This document shows positions 25,124 through 35,097 of a DNA stretch of 55,218 bases, piece by piece. The notes beneath the pieces were generated by a model. That model made no database searches and was not told where the DNA came from. It saw only the letters and a program-made list of their open reading frames with translations. Origin of the DNA: a virus (lineage: Duplodnaviria > Caudoviricetes); IMG/VR virus record IMGVR_UViG_3300042337_000069, positions 1-55,218 of that record. One strand, written 5' to 3'. Position numbers and translations under genes: made by a program. Every line of letters starts with the position of its first letter. Positions within the stretch are counted from its first letter, which is position 1.

Positions 25124-25339
25124 ATGGACCCCTTTACAATCCGGCTAGAACTGCTAAAATTAGCACAGTCAATCGAAAGTGATCGTATCTGGTCGGAACG
25201 GAATCGACTAGAGATGGATTGGAATGCTGCTAGAGATAATAAGCAGACCCTTCCGTATCCCATCCAACCCGTCGTCACTTACGAAGACGTTATCAAGGTA
25301 GCAAATGAACTGAATAAGTTCGTCTCTAACAAATCATAA
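25124..25339 (+). CDS. conserved T4-like hypothetical protein
   Basis: PFTIRLELLKLA...A.ELNKFV; ACACACAGGAG leader. Confidence 0.75.
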   Translation: MDPFTIRLELLKLAQSIESDRIWSERNRLEMDWNAARDNKQTLPYPIQPVVTYEDVIKVANELNKFVSNKS

Positions 25340-25349
25340 GGATTATCCA

Positions 25350-25544
25350 ATGAGCAACAAAGACAAATATACAGGTATGCGTGACTTTGAGTTTGCCCTA
25401 AGCACAAACGTTTATATTTGTGCTGTAGCAGGTGCCATTCTCGGTGCTATTCTTGGATACTGGGCAACATCAACGATTGAGATTACTCTTGCTTCTGCAA
25501 TTACGTTCTTTGTCCTCTCAGGCATCTTTGGAATGTTTGTATGA
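25350..25544 (+). CDS. small two-TM membrane protein
   Basis: Two hydrophobic segments. Confidence 0.65.
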   Translation: MSNKDKYTGMRDFEFALSTNVYICAVAGAILGAILGYWATSTIEITLASAITFFVLSGIFGMFV

Positions 25545-25765
25545 CGCCGGACGACATTCAAAAATTTAGTCTAGAGATTGAAGAGATTGTCTATATGAAG
25601 GACATTCCATATATTGATGCGGTTGTTATGTATTGTGAGCAGACAGGCTTCGAAGTCGAAACGGCCGCTAAACTTATCTCCGGCGTCCTCAAATCCAAAA
25701 TTAAATTAGAAGCAGAACAACTACACTTCCTCAAAAAGACAAGCACCTCACAACTTCCCTTTTAA
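25541..25765 (+). CDS. gp33: late transcription coactivator gp33
   Basis: FSLEIE, YIDAVVMYCE, KSKIKLEA, ends LPF; synteny with gp59/gp32. Confidence 0.88.
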   Translation: MTPDDIQKFSLEIEEIVYMKDIPYIDAVVMYCEQTGFEVETAAKLISGVLKSKIKLEAEQLHFLKKTSTSQLPF

Positions 25766-25782
25766 CTTCTAAAGGATATATT

Positions 25783-26682
25783 ATGACAGCGTTCTCGGTA
25801 GAAGAAACATCCCATCTTCAAAAAGTAAAAAAGAATCTTTTGACGATTCTTGATAGTTCTCAGGCAATTGGTTATTTTGAACTGGTCATGAATGAAAATA
25901 CATTCAAGCCTGTTAAAAACATACTCTCTATTGGTGAGATTGAAAAGATTGTGGTCGCTGGTGGTTGTATTACTTCCATCATTAGGAATGATCATGTCAA
26001 CGATATCGATGTTTTCGTTCTAGGCTCAGACTTCAATCTATTTCATAAACTCTTTCGTCAAAAGGGTTCACAGTGGCATGTGAAGTATTTTATTGATCCT
26101 GATCTTGATAGTAGAGAAGATGATTATAAGAATGATCATGTTCTCGCCGTTGCTTTCAATGCTGATTCAAAGGTTCAGTATATTCTAACAGATCATTCTA
26201 CACGCAAGGAACTGTTAGAAGACTTTGACTTTATTCATTGCACTGCTTCATATTGTAACGGTTCTTTTTATATCAACCGTGAAACATATGATTCAATTGT
26301 CACTCGGCGTCTTGTTCCTGTAAACAAGAAAAAGAAGATCAAGAGGCCACGACTTGATAAGTTTCTTTCTCGTGGTTGGTCAATTGACGAGGATTCACTC
26401 GCAAAGGATCCTATCATGAAGACTGCTAAGGATAGACTGCTTGAAAGACTAGAGCAGCAAAAGCAAGGTCTCAATCCTGTTCCGACTAAGCCATGGCACA
26501 ATCAAACACCATCAACTAAGCCAATCACTTGGCAACCACTAGAATCAGAAGATGATTCGAAAACACTTCAACCAGTTCCAACTTGGCCACTTTCTTCGGA
26601 TTCAATGTGGCAAGACATGCAAGACATGCAAGACATTGCTGAGACCTTGAAAAGGTCTGTCAAGATAAAGACATCTAACTAA
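25783..26682 (+). CDS. nucleotidyltransferase-fold protein (PolA/CCA-head-like)
   Basis: VAGGCI...DIDVF, FDFIH, R..KF..RGW. Confidence 0.65.
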   Translation: MTAFSVEETSHLQKVKKNLLTILDSSQAIGYFELVMNENTFKPVKNILSIGEIEKIVVAGGCITSIIRNDHVNDIDVFVLGSDFNLFHKLFRQKGSQWHVKYFIDPDLDSREDDYKNDHVLAVAFNADSKVQYILTDHSTRKELLEDFDFIHCTASYCNGSFYINRETYDSIVTRRLVPVNKKKKIKRPRLDKFLSRGWSIDEDSLAKDPIMKTAKDRLLERLEQQKQGLNPVPTKPWHNQTPSTKPITWQPLESEDDSKTLQPVPTWPLSSDSMWQDMQDMQDIAETLKRSVKIKTSN

Positions 26683-26686
26683 TAAA

Positions 26687-27304
26687 ATGAAACACTTCTC
26701 TGGATACGGAGCCTATCTGTTATTCTTGGCGCTGAGAACTCATTTCACTCGGCCCAAGTATGACTTCTTTCAAATGCACGGCAAACTCCGTGCAACTAAG
26801 GAGGCGTATCTAAAGCGAAGAGATAAGTCTCTCTTTGAGAAGATTGCGAGAACATATAATGCCGAAGAGTTAAAGACATTCTACATAGCGAACTTTCTTG
26901 ACGATCGGCATTATATCACCGACATGCTAGACGAGGATGCACATGGATCATTCTACGAACTACAAAAGCGACAACAATCACTCTCATACATTTTTAAAAA
27001 TGACCTTGATGTCATATTTGAACATGGTTGCAAATCTGCTTTTGATTGCCATGATGGGGATTACCCTCATCTTCTCAATATGGTTATGCGTAGAACTGTT
27101 TCTTTTGAGTCTGCGACTATCCTAAATGACTACGTTCCCTACACGGAGAAATTCACTAAATACCTTGGAGACGATGATATCGTCTGGTCAAGAGTTGCTT
27201 TGAAACTCCGCAAGTATAGACCATTCATAAAGTATGATGCCGAGAAATTCAAAGCCATACTGAAGGAGAAGGTCCATGAATACACTACAGGGGAACGCTT
27301 CTGA
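26687..27304 (+). CDS. gp59: helicase loader gp59
   Basis: LALRTHFT..YDFF, KRRDK..FEK, KYRPF. Confidence 0.88.
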   Translation: MKHFSGYGAYLLFLALRTHFTRPKYDFFQMHGKLRATKEAYLKRRDKSLFEKIARTYNAEELKTFYIANFLDDRHYITDMLDEDAHGSFYELQKRQQSLSYIFKNDLDVIFEHGCKSAFDCHDGDYPHLLNMVMRRTVSFESATILNDYVPYTEKFTKYLGDDDIVWSRVALKLRKYRPFIKYDAEKFKAILKEKVHEYTTGERF

Positions 27305-27461
27305 CATTTTGAAAGAATGGGTGGATGGACGATATGATGTTCATTACAAGTATGACGGAGACAGAGTATTTCAGATAGAAATTTTTGAGAAGGAGACGAG
27401 AACAAGTTTTCTACCAAATGAAGAAACTGAATACTTTTTGGAGATTGTGTTGAATGAGTAA
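27276..27461 (+). CDS. hypothetical protein
   Basis: AAGGAG RBS. Confidence 0.55.
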   Translation: MNTLQGNASDILKEWVDGRYDVHYKYDGDRVFQIEIFEKETRTSFLPNEETEYFLEIVLNE

Positions 27462-27765
27462 AGAACAGAGACAGAAGCGTTTTCAACAGAAGACGAGACA
27501 CATTGATAGGCAGTTAGAGATTGCCAAGACTTATCTTCATGGTGCTTATAACGACAACAATAAGCACAAATTACATAAGAAACACGCCATGAATTGTGGC
27601 ATTCCTAATTGCTACATGTGCGCTAATCCTCGCCGAACATGGGGTGAGAAGACAATACAAGAAACAAAGTTTGAGTGTTCCGCAGTTGAACAAACAAATC
27701 GTGATTCAATTGGTAAATGGGAATGGGAAGATTTAACAGACCCAAACATGGAGTGGGATGGATGA
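27454..27765 (+). CDS. hypothetical Cys-motif protein
   Basis: NCGIPNCYMCANPRR. Confidence 0.7.
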   Translation: MSKEQRQKRFQQKTRHIDRQLEIAKTYLHGAYNDNNKHKLHKKHAMNCGIPNCYMCANPRRTWGEKTIQETKFECSAVEQTNRDSIGKWEWEDLTDPNMEWDG

Positions 27766-27929
27766 CAAAGACAGTGAATGAAGTGAAGACAGAGAATGAG
27801 TTTTATCGTGAAGGATATCGTGACGGTTTTAAAGATGGTCAGGAATCCGCTCGTGAGGAGGCTCGTAAGTTTTTCGAAATGATTCAGAGCGGACAGATGG
27901 AAGATATGCCTCGACCACCGGGACGCTAA
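27762..27929 (+). CDS. hypothetical protein
   Basis: YREGYRDGFKDG motif; start moved to ATG 27762. Confidence 0.6.
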   Translation: MTKTVNEVKTENEFYREGYRDGFKDGQESAREEARKFFEMIQSGQMEDMPRPPGR

Positions 27930-27965
27930 ATACCTATTGACAGGACGAGATTGTTCTGTTAGAAT
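27925..27965 (+). promoter_or_regulatory. tandem late (CTAAATA) and sigma70 promoters of gp32
   Basis: GCTAAATA at 27925; TTGACA-17-TAGAAT at 27937-27965. Confidence 0.6.
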
Positions 27966-28026
27966 ACACTTCTTATATAATGATAATGTGGATAAGAAAA
28001 CATACAACGTAATACGGAGAAATAAT

Positions 28027-28953
28027 ATGAACTTTTCAAACCTCAAGAAACAGTCTAAGGACTTCTCAATCCTTCTAAAGAAGGTTGATGAACTCAACAA
28101 GCCCGCCTACGAAAAGGACGACACCACAGACAATTACTGGAAGCCCACTCAGGACAAGGCTGGTAATGCTCTTGCTGTTATTCGTTTTCTTCCTGGTCCT
28201 GCCGTCGATGGTGAAGATGCTCTTCCCTGGGAACAGTATTGGGATCACGGTTTCCAGAACAAGGTAACCGGTAAGTGGTATATTGAGAAGTCACTAACGA
28301 CTCTCGGTCAGAAGGACCCCGTTTCTGAGTATAACACCCAGCTTTGGAACTCAACCGCTGATGAAAACTCTCCTGAACGAAAGCAGGCGAGAGACCAGAA
28401 GCGTCGTCTTCACTACGTTTCCAACATTCAGGTGATTAGCGATCCAAAGAATCCTGAGAACGAAGGCAAGGTCTTCCTGTTCAAGTATGGAAAGAAAATC
28501 TTTGATAAGATTACAAAGATGATGAACCCAGACCTTGAATCAGAACAGAAGATTAATCCTTTTGATCTATGGGCTGGTGCACCATTCAAGCTAAAGATGG
28601 TGCGTGTGTCTGGTTTTCCAAACTATGACGAATCAACCTTCCTAACGCCTGGTCCTCTGAGTGAAGACGATGCAGAACTAGAGCGTATTTGGAAGTCCGA
28701 ATATTCTCTTAAGGAGATTACTGATCCTAAGAACTTCAAGACTTATGATCAGCTTAAGGCTCGTCTAGATGATGTTCTCGGTCTTTCTACTCAGTCAGCT
28801 ACCCGTCGCAAGGTAGCAGATACTATTGAGGAAGATGTTGAGGATGTTCCTTTCACTGAGAGCAAGCCTGTTTCTCGTAAGCCTGCGGCACCTGTTGTCG
28901 AGGAAGAAGAGGATGATGACTTCGCAATGTTTAAGAAACTAGCAGAAGACTAA
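28027..28953 (+). CDS. gp32: single-stranded DNA-binding protein gp32
   Basis: AVIRFLP, WYIEKSLTTLG, GKVFLFKYGKKIFDK, NYDES, acidic tail FKKLAED; start after GGAG. Confidence 0.95.
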   Translation: MNFSNLKKQSKDFSILLKKVDELNKPAYEKDDTTDNYWKPTQDKAGNALAVIRFLPGPAVDGEDALPWEQYWDHGFQNKVTGKWYIEKSLTTLGQKDPVSEYNTQLWNSTADENSPERKQARDQKRRLHYVSNIQVISDPKNPENEGKVFLFKYGKKIFDKITKMMNPDLESEQKINPFDLWAGAPFKLKMVRVSGFPNYDESTFLTPGPLSEDDAELERIWKSEYSLKEITDPKNFKTYDQLKARLDDVLGLSTQSATRRKVADTIEEDVEDVPFTESKPVSRKPAAPVVEEEEDDDFAMFKKLAED

Positions 28954-28960
28954 GAGATTG

Positions 28961-28987
28961 AGGCGGGGAGAAATCCCCGCCTTTTTT
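28961..28987 (+). terminator. intrinsic terminator between convergent genes
   Basis: AGGCGGGGA-GAAA-TCCCCGCCT followed by a T-run. Confidence 0.85.
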
Positions 28988-28988
28988 A

Positions 28989-31900
28989 TTATCCCATTAT
29001 CTTTCTGATGTTCATATCACCAGGCAAATCTTCACCTGAATTGATTCGACTGAATGCTCGATAGATCGAAGGGTTATCGGCAGGTGATTGTATCATTTTC
29101 ATATTCGAATCATGATTTTCATTTGTCACATGCGAAACTTGTTGCATCATAGGCAATGATCGTCCTTGTGATTCTGTAGATGATGCTACGGCGGCGGCCA
29201 TTGCTGTCATGTTTGTAGTATGCATTGCGTCTGAGCTAGGAGCAGGACCAGGTGCTTGCATCATTGATCCTCTTACAGGCGATGTATCAGGGAATATAGA
29301 CCTCTGTGGTACCATAGCAGATGGGGCAATAACTGTTGCTGAAAAGTCTCTAAGACCCGCACCTCTAATAGGAAATGTACCTACAGGACTAGTGGTTGGA
29401 AAAACGTTAGTTCCAATTGTGTTGGGAACAGCACCAGGTATATTTGTCATTGATACATTTCTAAGCGCCGATCCAACTGGTGCTGGTTGACTGCTTATGT
29501 CCATAGACCCAGGAGTATATGTAGGACCATAATCTTGTGCTGATGATATACTAGACATACCAGGAGTGGTCATGTTTCCGAGACCTGTTAGACGACCTAT
29601 ACTTTGTTTCAAACTTCTAGCATTGTCGGCATATGATTTTGCATAAGACCTCATCGTTTCACCAAAAGATGGTGCTGCCGATGCTTGTGCTATCTGAGTG
29701 GGTGATGTCACTTGTGAAACAGAAGGAGTAGGTGTCGTCTCGGGTGCAGAGGCGAACATTGTATCTCTTCTTGCCTTCTCACTTTTCATATAATCAGCAT
29801 ACTTATTCATATCAAGCTTATTGACCGATGCGACTCCTGGTATCTGCGGATCTTGTCCTAAGATTGCTTGTGCTTCTGGTAAGAAACGATTAGCATACAT
29901 CTTAGGATACTTTTTCATAAAGTCTCCTTTTGCTCTTGCATATGACATGACCTGATCTTCTGTTGACTGACCGATTGTTGCAAGCATTTTCGGATTCTGT
30001 AGAATGCCCTTGGTGTATCCTCTTTGTTGAATAGATCCACCCCATAGTGCTTCCTGAAAGCGTGGATCTTGTGTGTTATATCCGAGTGCGGTGGCCATTC
30101 TTAGATTAGGCTCGTAGTGTGTTCTACTCAGAAACTTTCTTTGTGCTTCTGCAAATGCAGTAGGGTCTTCGTTGGCAATCTGTTTGTAGATTTGATCAAA
30201 CTGAGGACTAGCGAGTTTAGCTTTACCAAATCTACCACGATATGCCGCTGCTTCTGGACTATTGATAAACTCTTTGAGTGTGCCTGTTCTAGAGGCAATT
30301 TGATGTTCGCCATATGACTTACCACCAGAGTCTTGCTTGCCTGATGAAATAGTCGCCACACCAAAGTTGGCCGCATCACCATACTTACCAGTTTCAAACT
30401 GACGAGTAACATGGCCTATGTCTGGTCTCAATGAAGGCAACATTCTTTCATCTATTTCAGGAATAGGCATTGATGATACGGAACCTTTTTTGCGTCCTCT
30501 CGAACCACCACCAATGCCCTCGCCTGCTCCTTTGCCGGCGCCAAGTGACCCAATCAATGGCATAATAAATCCCATTGCTGTCGTGATAAGTCCTAGTGGT
30601 GTAGCAGATTGCATTCCACCAAAACCACCCATCATACCCATCATCATTCCCATTGGGTTGCCCTGCATGGCACCCATTAGATTTGGTGCACCTCCTAATA
30701 TCCCTAATACTGTTGCTGTCTGTGATTGCCCTTCAATGGGCCCTTGTTGATTCATAGCAGCAGACAATTGTTCTTCTGGTGTCATTGGCACAGGAGCAAG
30801 TGAGTCCATTTCTTCTACTTTTCCAGTAATGCCCGGAGTGCCCGATGCAGTGCCGATGATCTGTTTTTCTGAATCTTTTGCAACAGTTTTACCATAAGAA
30901 AGTGCCTCTTGTGATATCTCGCTGTGCACCTTACCACCTGATGATATTAGACCAAATGATGTTGTACCACCACCTGGAATTGGGTATGCGTTCTTATCAA
31001 CCCATCTTGTTCTAGCAGGTTGTCCATTGAACTGTTCTAGTAGAAGAAACTTGCCTTCTTGATTAGGTGCTGTGAGTGCTACGCCTGTATGGTAACCAGC
31101 ATGTTCTCTATCACCGCCTGGATTGTTATATTGCTTTGTTGCTACTACTTGTCCGGCTTTAATATCACCATCTACAACTGTCCATCCGCCTGATCGGCCA
31201 ATGTTGGGGTTGAATGCTTTACCTAGCGTAGCACATTGTTGAGCGTTTCTTGTGTCATATAGACTGTTATCTTGTGGAACAACGAAGCCTGAAACGACTT
31301 TAAATGATCCGCCTGATGTGCTTCCGCCACCACCTGCCGACCCTGTGGTTGTCTGGCCGCCTGCTTGTTGAGGAGTTTGTCCTTTTGCTTGCTCAGTTGA
31401 TGGTGTTGTGTCTTCAATACTTGCGGCAGCCTTTTGTGCTGTTCCCAAATACTGTCTATATCCACCGTCGGTGAATCCACCCCAATGTCTAATACCATTA
31501 GGTGTTTTATGGTAAAGATAATAAGCAACCTTAGCGTTCTTAGCGGGATCATATAAATCCTCTACACTATTAACACCGGCATATCTCATTTCAGGACTGC
31601 CAAAAGGATGTGCATTGATATTAATCTGAAATAGACCATATGATCTTTCTCTAGATGTTTTATCATTAGACGCTCTAATATTACCAGCGGACTCCTGCAT
31701 ACCGACGGCGGCCATCAGAGTCGCATCTTTATGACTAAATCCTGCTTGTTTTAGAATCTTGACGTATTGTGCTGCTGAAAATGATCCTTTAACATTACCA
31801 CTACCTCCGCCATCCATTGAGACATTGTTACCACCAGAATACTTGTCACGCATCTTCTCAAGCCAAGACCCTTCTGATCTTAGTCGATCATTAACACCTT

Positions 31901-32114
31901 GCTGCCAGAGTGAGGTTCTTTCTGCTGATGCTTTTGAAATAGCATCTCTGAATCCACCAATGTCCGGTGTACCTCGTCTAAAGTAATCAGGGAAGAGTTC
32001 GGCAATCTGAGTAGGAGTCAACCCGTTCAAAAGACCAGGGTTGCTTTTGATAGCTCTATTTCTTTCGGCTGCGCTAAACTGTGCTAGTCTATTATAGTTT
32101 GATTTCTTTGCCAT
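28989..32114 (-). CDS. multi-domain virion peptidoglycan hydrolase (baseplate hub-associated)
   Basis: SLT-like QESAG...SYGLFQIN; amidase-like QCA...HTGV..LLEQF; lysozyme-like FETG...GGKSYGEHQI. Confidence 0.75.
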   Translation of the reverse strand: MAKKSNYNRLAQFSAAERNRAIKSNPGLLNGLTPTQIAELFPDYFRRGTPDIGGFRDAISKASAERTSLWQQGVNDRLRSEGSWLEKMRDKYSGGNNVSMDGGGSGNVKGSFSAAQYVKILKQAGFSHKDATLMAAVGMQESAGNIRASNDKTSRERSYGLFQININAHPFGSPEMRYAGVNSVEDLYDPAKNAKVAYYLYHKTPNGIRHWGGFTDGGYRQYLGTAQKAAASIEDTTPSTEQAKGQTPQQAGGQTTTGSAGGGGSTSGGSFKVVSGFVVPQDNSLYDTRNAQQCATLGKAFNPNIGRSGGWTVVDGDIKAGQVVATKQYNNPGGDREHAGYHTGVALTAPNQEGKFLLLEQFNGQPARTRWVDKNAYPIPGGGTTSFGLISSGGKVHSEISQEALSYGKTVAKDSEKQIIGTASGTPGITGKVEEMDSLAPVPMTPEEQLSAAMNQQGPIEGQSQTATVLGILGGAPNLMGAMQGNPMGMMMGMMGGFGGMQSATPLGLITTAMGFIMPLIGSLGAGKGAGEGIGGGSRGRKKGSVSSMPIPEIDERMLPSLRPDIGHVTRQFETGKYGDAANFGVATISSGKQDSGGKSYGEHQIASRTGTLKEFINSPEAAAYRGRFGKAKLASPQFDQIYKQIANEDPTAFAEAQRKFLSRTHYEPNLRMATALGYNTQDPRFQEALWGGSIQQRGYTKGILQNPKMLATIGQSTEDQVMSYARAKGDFMKKYPKMYANRFLPEAQAILGQDPQIPGVASVNKLDMNKYADYMKSEKARRDTMFASAPETTPTPSVSQVTSPTQIAQASAAPSFGETMRSYAKSYADNARSLKQSIGRLTGLGNMTTPGMSSISSAQDYGPTYTPGSMDISSQPAPVGSALRNVSMTNIPGAVPNTIGTNVFPTTSPVGTFPIRGAGLRDFSATVIAPSAMVPQRSIFPDTSPVRGSMMQAPGPAPSSDAMHTTNMTAMAAAVASSTESQGRSLPMMQQVSHVTNENHDSNMKMIQSPADNPSIYRAFSRINSGEDLPGDMNIRKIMG

Positions 32115-32120
32115 GTAGCC

Positions 32121-32339
32121 TTACATTCGTTTTCTTAGAAGATGATTGAGTTTGTCTCTTTGTTCATTCTCAAGGTCTTTCATCTTCTGCTCTTGTTCTT
32201 TTAGAAACTGTGTTAGCATATCAATGTAAATCTGTCTTTCCCAAGGTATCATACTTTCAACATCGGACAGTGGCCACTTATGATGGTGCATTAGAGAAAA
32301 GTTGTTTCTGAAATGCCCTGATAGTCCTTCATAGGACAT
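32121..32339 (-). CDS. gp51: baseplate hub assembly protein gp51-like
   Basis: NFSLMHHHKW..S..ESMIPWERQIY. Confidence 0.8.
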   Translation of the reverse strand: MSYEGLSGHFRNNFSLMHHHKWPLSDVESMIPWERQIYIDMLTQFLKEQEQKMKDLENEQRDKLNHLLRKRM

Positions 32340-32341
32340 TA

Positions 32342-33067
32342 TTAGAGAAAAAAATCGGCGAAGTCTGTATACCTCACAGAATGTTCAAACCCACACTTAT
32401 TACATGTAGCGTTGATTCTAACAGCAAACGAAGGAAAGTTCTGTGTAAAATCTTCCATCTTTCTAAAGTTTGCTTCTGTTAATCCTTCGACAAATTCTTG
32501 TAATTCTTCTTTCGTATGATCTTTTGAAGAATAGATACCGTCTTTATCATAAATGTAATCGATGCTGCCTATAACAATATTGATTGCTCTATCAATGTCT
32601 GTGCCGCCGTCAATTCTTTTCATTGCACTGTATCCTGGATACTTCATACGAACACCCTTACCATCACCTAACTTGATATCATTGTCTATATGATTATCAT
32701 CTACTAGTTCACAGTTACTAATGTCTAATTCAGCAGGAAAGATATTGGCACATTTTTCTCCACTATCTAGAACATTATTACATGTTAGTTTAACGGCAAC
32801 TTTATCACCAATGCTCTTGGCTCTGAGAAAGATAAAGATGAAATCTACCTCAAAGAATGCAGCTTTGTTAACATCGAACTTACCAGCAACAATACAATTA
32901 TTCACAACTTGTTTAACGGTGTTTTGAATTTCATTCTGATCTTTTGACTCTAGAGCAATCAACAATAACTTTTCTTCTCTCACGTTAAAAGGTCTGAGAG
33001 AAAGAGTTTCTCCTGTTGTTGGTAATGTCAGATCGTAAGTTGGCACATCTATCTTTGGTAATGACAT
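32342..33067 (-). CDS. gp26: baseplate hub subunit gp26
   Basis: MSLPKI.VPTY.LTLP, RPFNVREEKLLL, LRAKSIG, CNKCG. Confidence 0.85.
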   Translation of the reverse strand: MSLPKIDVPTYDLTLPTTGETLSLRPFNVREEKLLLIALESKDQNEIQNTVKQVVNNCIVAGKFDVNKAAFFEVDFIFIFLRAKSIGDKVAVKLTCNNVLDSGEKCANIFPAELDISNCELVDDNHIDNDIKLGDGKGVRMKYPGYSAMKRIDGGTDIDRAINIVIGSIDYIYDKDGIYSSKDHTKEELQEFVEGLTEANFRKMEDFTQNFPSFAVRINATCNKCGFEHSVRYTDFADFFL

Positions 33068-33082
33068 AATCTAAACTCCATA

Positions 33083-33760
33083 TTATTTTGCGAACTTTTC
33101 AGCAACCTTATAAATGTCACCGTGTCTTGTCCAATTTTTGAAAGCAAATGATACTTGTAAACGTAGAGCATCAGAATCCGCCCAGGTAACTTGCTGCGGA
33201 TTTACTGATACCGGCCATGCTTTCATTATCTTCCAACCGTATATAGGTTCAGGTTGATATCTATTAGCAGGGTTTGCATTGCTAGGAATACCCTTAATAG
33301 GATCAGATAATGAAACATTTGTATTTGATCCAAACTCACCGAATTGAAAAACTTCAATGTCAGACCAATACTCATTTGGATATTTGAAGTGATAACTAGT
33401 AGGTGGGTTGATGATATCCATCCAATCATCAAAGAACTGTCTCTCCATTGTTTTAGAACGACACAAGAAAGATAGAGTGATTCCTTCTCCGTAGATAGTG
33501 TTACCAGGAACCAATTGCTTAGGACCGTAGTAACGATACTCAGAAACTTCAAATGAACGACCAGGAAACTCGGCAGCGTCACAGGCGAAATGTAAATCAC
33601 CTTTAATATTGGATGCGTAAGGTAGTTGCGAAGTTAGGTTGCCGAGATTGATTCTGACAAGAAATCTACATCCTTTAACCACACTCTCATTAACATTGAG
33701 TGAAGAAATTGCAGCAGCAAGATCGAGATTAGTAGGTGGGTTGTTACCATTAAATGCCAT
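33083..33760 (-). CDS. gp54: tail-tube initiator gp54-like
   Basis: CDAAEFPGR, FFDDWMD, AWPVSV tube-fold motifs. Confidence 0.7.
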   Translation of the reverse strand: MAFNGNNPPTNLDLAAAISSLNVNESVVKGCRFLVRINLGNLTSQLPYASNIKGDLHFACDAAEFPGRSFEVSEYRYYGPKQLVPGNTIYGEGITLSFLCRSKTMERQFFDDWMDIINPPTSYHFKYPNEYWSDIEVFQFGEFGSNTNVSLSDPIKGIPSNANPANRYQPEPIYGWKIMKAWPVSVNPQQVTWADSDALRLQVSFAFKNWTRHGDIYKVAEKFAK

Positions 33761-34608
33761 TAGAATCCGTCCAGTATTCTTGTTTTGTCTATAATTTCCA
33801 TCTCAACAAAGTTCATTGATAAACGTGCTGTTGTTGGTGCGCCGTTTTCGAACGAACTAAATTCAGTACCAGGGTTATAATCAACATCAACTCTTGTTAG
33901 CACCCCTTTTGCGATTCTGGGCATCTTACCATTTGGTGCCCAATTGCCGCCGTCTCTATAAAGAAAATCTATTTCCCACTCTGATGGGCTCTTGAAGAAT
34001 AACCCATCACCTCCACCACTAAACTCTGGCGCAGCATGATATCTAAATCTATTCAGAATACCAGACCCATCACCATTACCGCTTCCATAGAGTTGAAGGG
34101 CATCAGTCGAACTTTGTGGGGCAAACATGAATGATAAAACGTATGATCTTAGTTTAGTTCCTCTAAACAAAACTTCAACATAAGGATTGATTTGTGTTCT
34201 GAAAATTCCACCGGCAACTTGTCCAACTTTAGATATTGTTCCGGGATCAACACCAGAAATTGCACCTAAAATTCCCGCACCCATACCTGTTGCGAGGCCT
34301 GCCATTTTAACATCTTGGTACTCATGCTCTTGCTGCCATGATAGGTTGACTTCTTGACTACCTGGAACAAACAGATAAATTTGATCCAACATTTCACGAG
34401 ACATTGTTGGCATAGTAATAGGAGTGCCTGCATTAGGACCAAGCAAAGGCGTTCTTAATAATGGATCTAATGCATTAAAAGCAGCGGCTGCTCCGCTTTG
34501 AGCCGCCGCCAATCTAGCAGATTGTGGTGTATATGCTGTGAATACCATCATATGACCGTAATCGGTTGAATCGGATAAGTCAGATGGAAATTGATAAACG
34601 TTGGCCAT
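33760..34608 (-). CDS. gp48: baseplate tail-tube cap gp48
   Basis: NPYVEVLFRG..LRSY..SF.FAPQS, LT.V.VDY.P, F.E.E; start moved to 34608. Confidence 0.8.
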   Translation of the reverse strand: MANVYQFPSDLSDSTDYGHMMVFTAYTPQSARLAAAQSGAAAAFNALDPLLRTPLLGPNAGTPITMPTMSREMLDQIYLFVPGSQEVNLSWQQEHEYQDVKMAGLATGMGAGILGAISGVDPGTISKVGQVAGGIFRTQINPYVEVLFRGTKLRSYVLSFMFAPQSSTDALQLYGSGNGDGSGILNRFRYHAAPEFSGGGDGLFFKSPSEWEIDFLYRDGGNWAPNGKMPRIAKGVLTRVDVDYNPGTEFSSFENGAPTTARLSMNFVEMEIIDKTRILDGF

Positions 34609-34631
34609 TATACCTCCAATAATGCTACATA

Positions 34632-34639
34632 TATTTAGT
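34632..34639 (-). promoter_or_regulatory. late promoter for the gp48 operon
   Basis: ACTAAATA on the minus strand. Confidence 0.5.
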
Positions 34640-34650
34640 GAGGTATACAG

Positions 34651-35097
34651 ATGGCAAGAAACTACAAACAAGGCAAATTTAAACCAGAGAACCCTGACAA
34701 ATACAAAGGTGATGCATCTAACATCGTATATCGTTCAGGCTGGGAAAAGCGAGTGATGGACTGGTGTGATACAAATAGAAATGTCATCGAATGGTCATCA
34801 GAAGAAATCGTCATACCATATCGATCACCGGTCGATAATAGAGTTCACAGATACTTTACCGACTTCTATGTGGTCGTGCTAGATGCTAAAGGCAATAGAC
34901 AGACAATGATATTAGAGGTCAAACCAAAGGCCCAGACACAAGAACCTACACCACCTAAGAGAAAGACAAAACGTTACATCAACGAGGTGTTCACATGGGG
35001 CGTCAATCAGGCCAAGTGGAGAGCCGCAGAAGAATTTTGCAAAGATCGTGGATGGCAGTTTCGTTTGATTACAGAAACAGACTTGTTCAAAAAGTAA
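34651..35097 (+). CDS. gp4: head completion nuclease gp4
   Basis: YRSGWE, WSSEE, HRYFTDF, EVKP, NQAKWRAA. Confidence 0.9.
   Translation: MARNYKQGKFKPENPDKYKGDASNIVYRSGWEKRVMDWCDTNRNVIEWSSEEIVIPYRSPVDNRVHRYFTDFYVVVLDAKGNRQTMILEVKPKAQTQEPTPPKRKTKRYINEVFTWGVNQAKWRAAEEFCKDRGWQFRLITETDLFKK

Noticed and set aside
27937-28026. N-terminal extension of gp32
   Set aside because: Begins at the TTG of the -35 box; the RBS supports ATG 28027
29209-31986. Plus-strand ORFs inside the 1041-aa gene, and similar shadow ORFs elsewhere
   Set aside because: Antisense or off-frame shadows of well-supported genes
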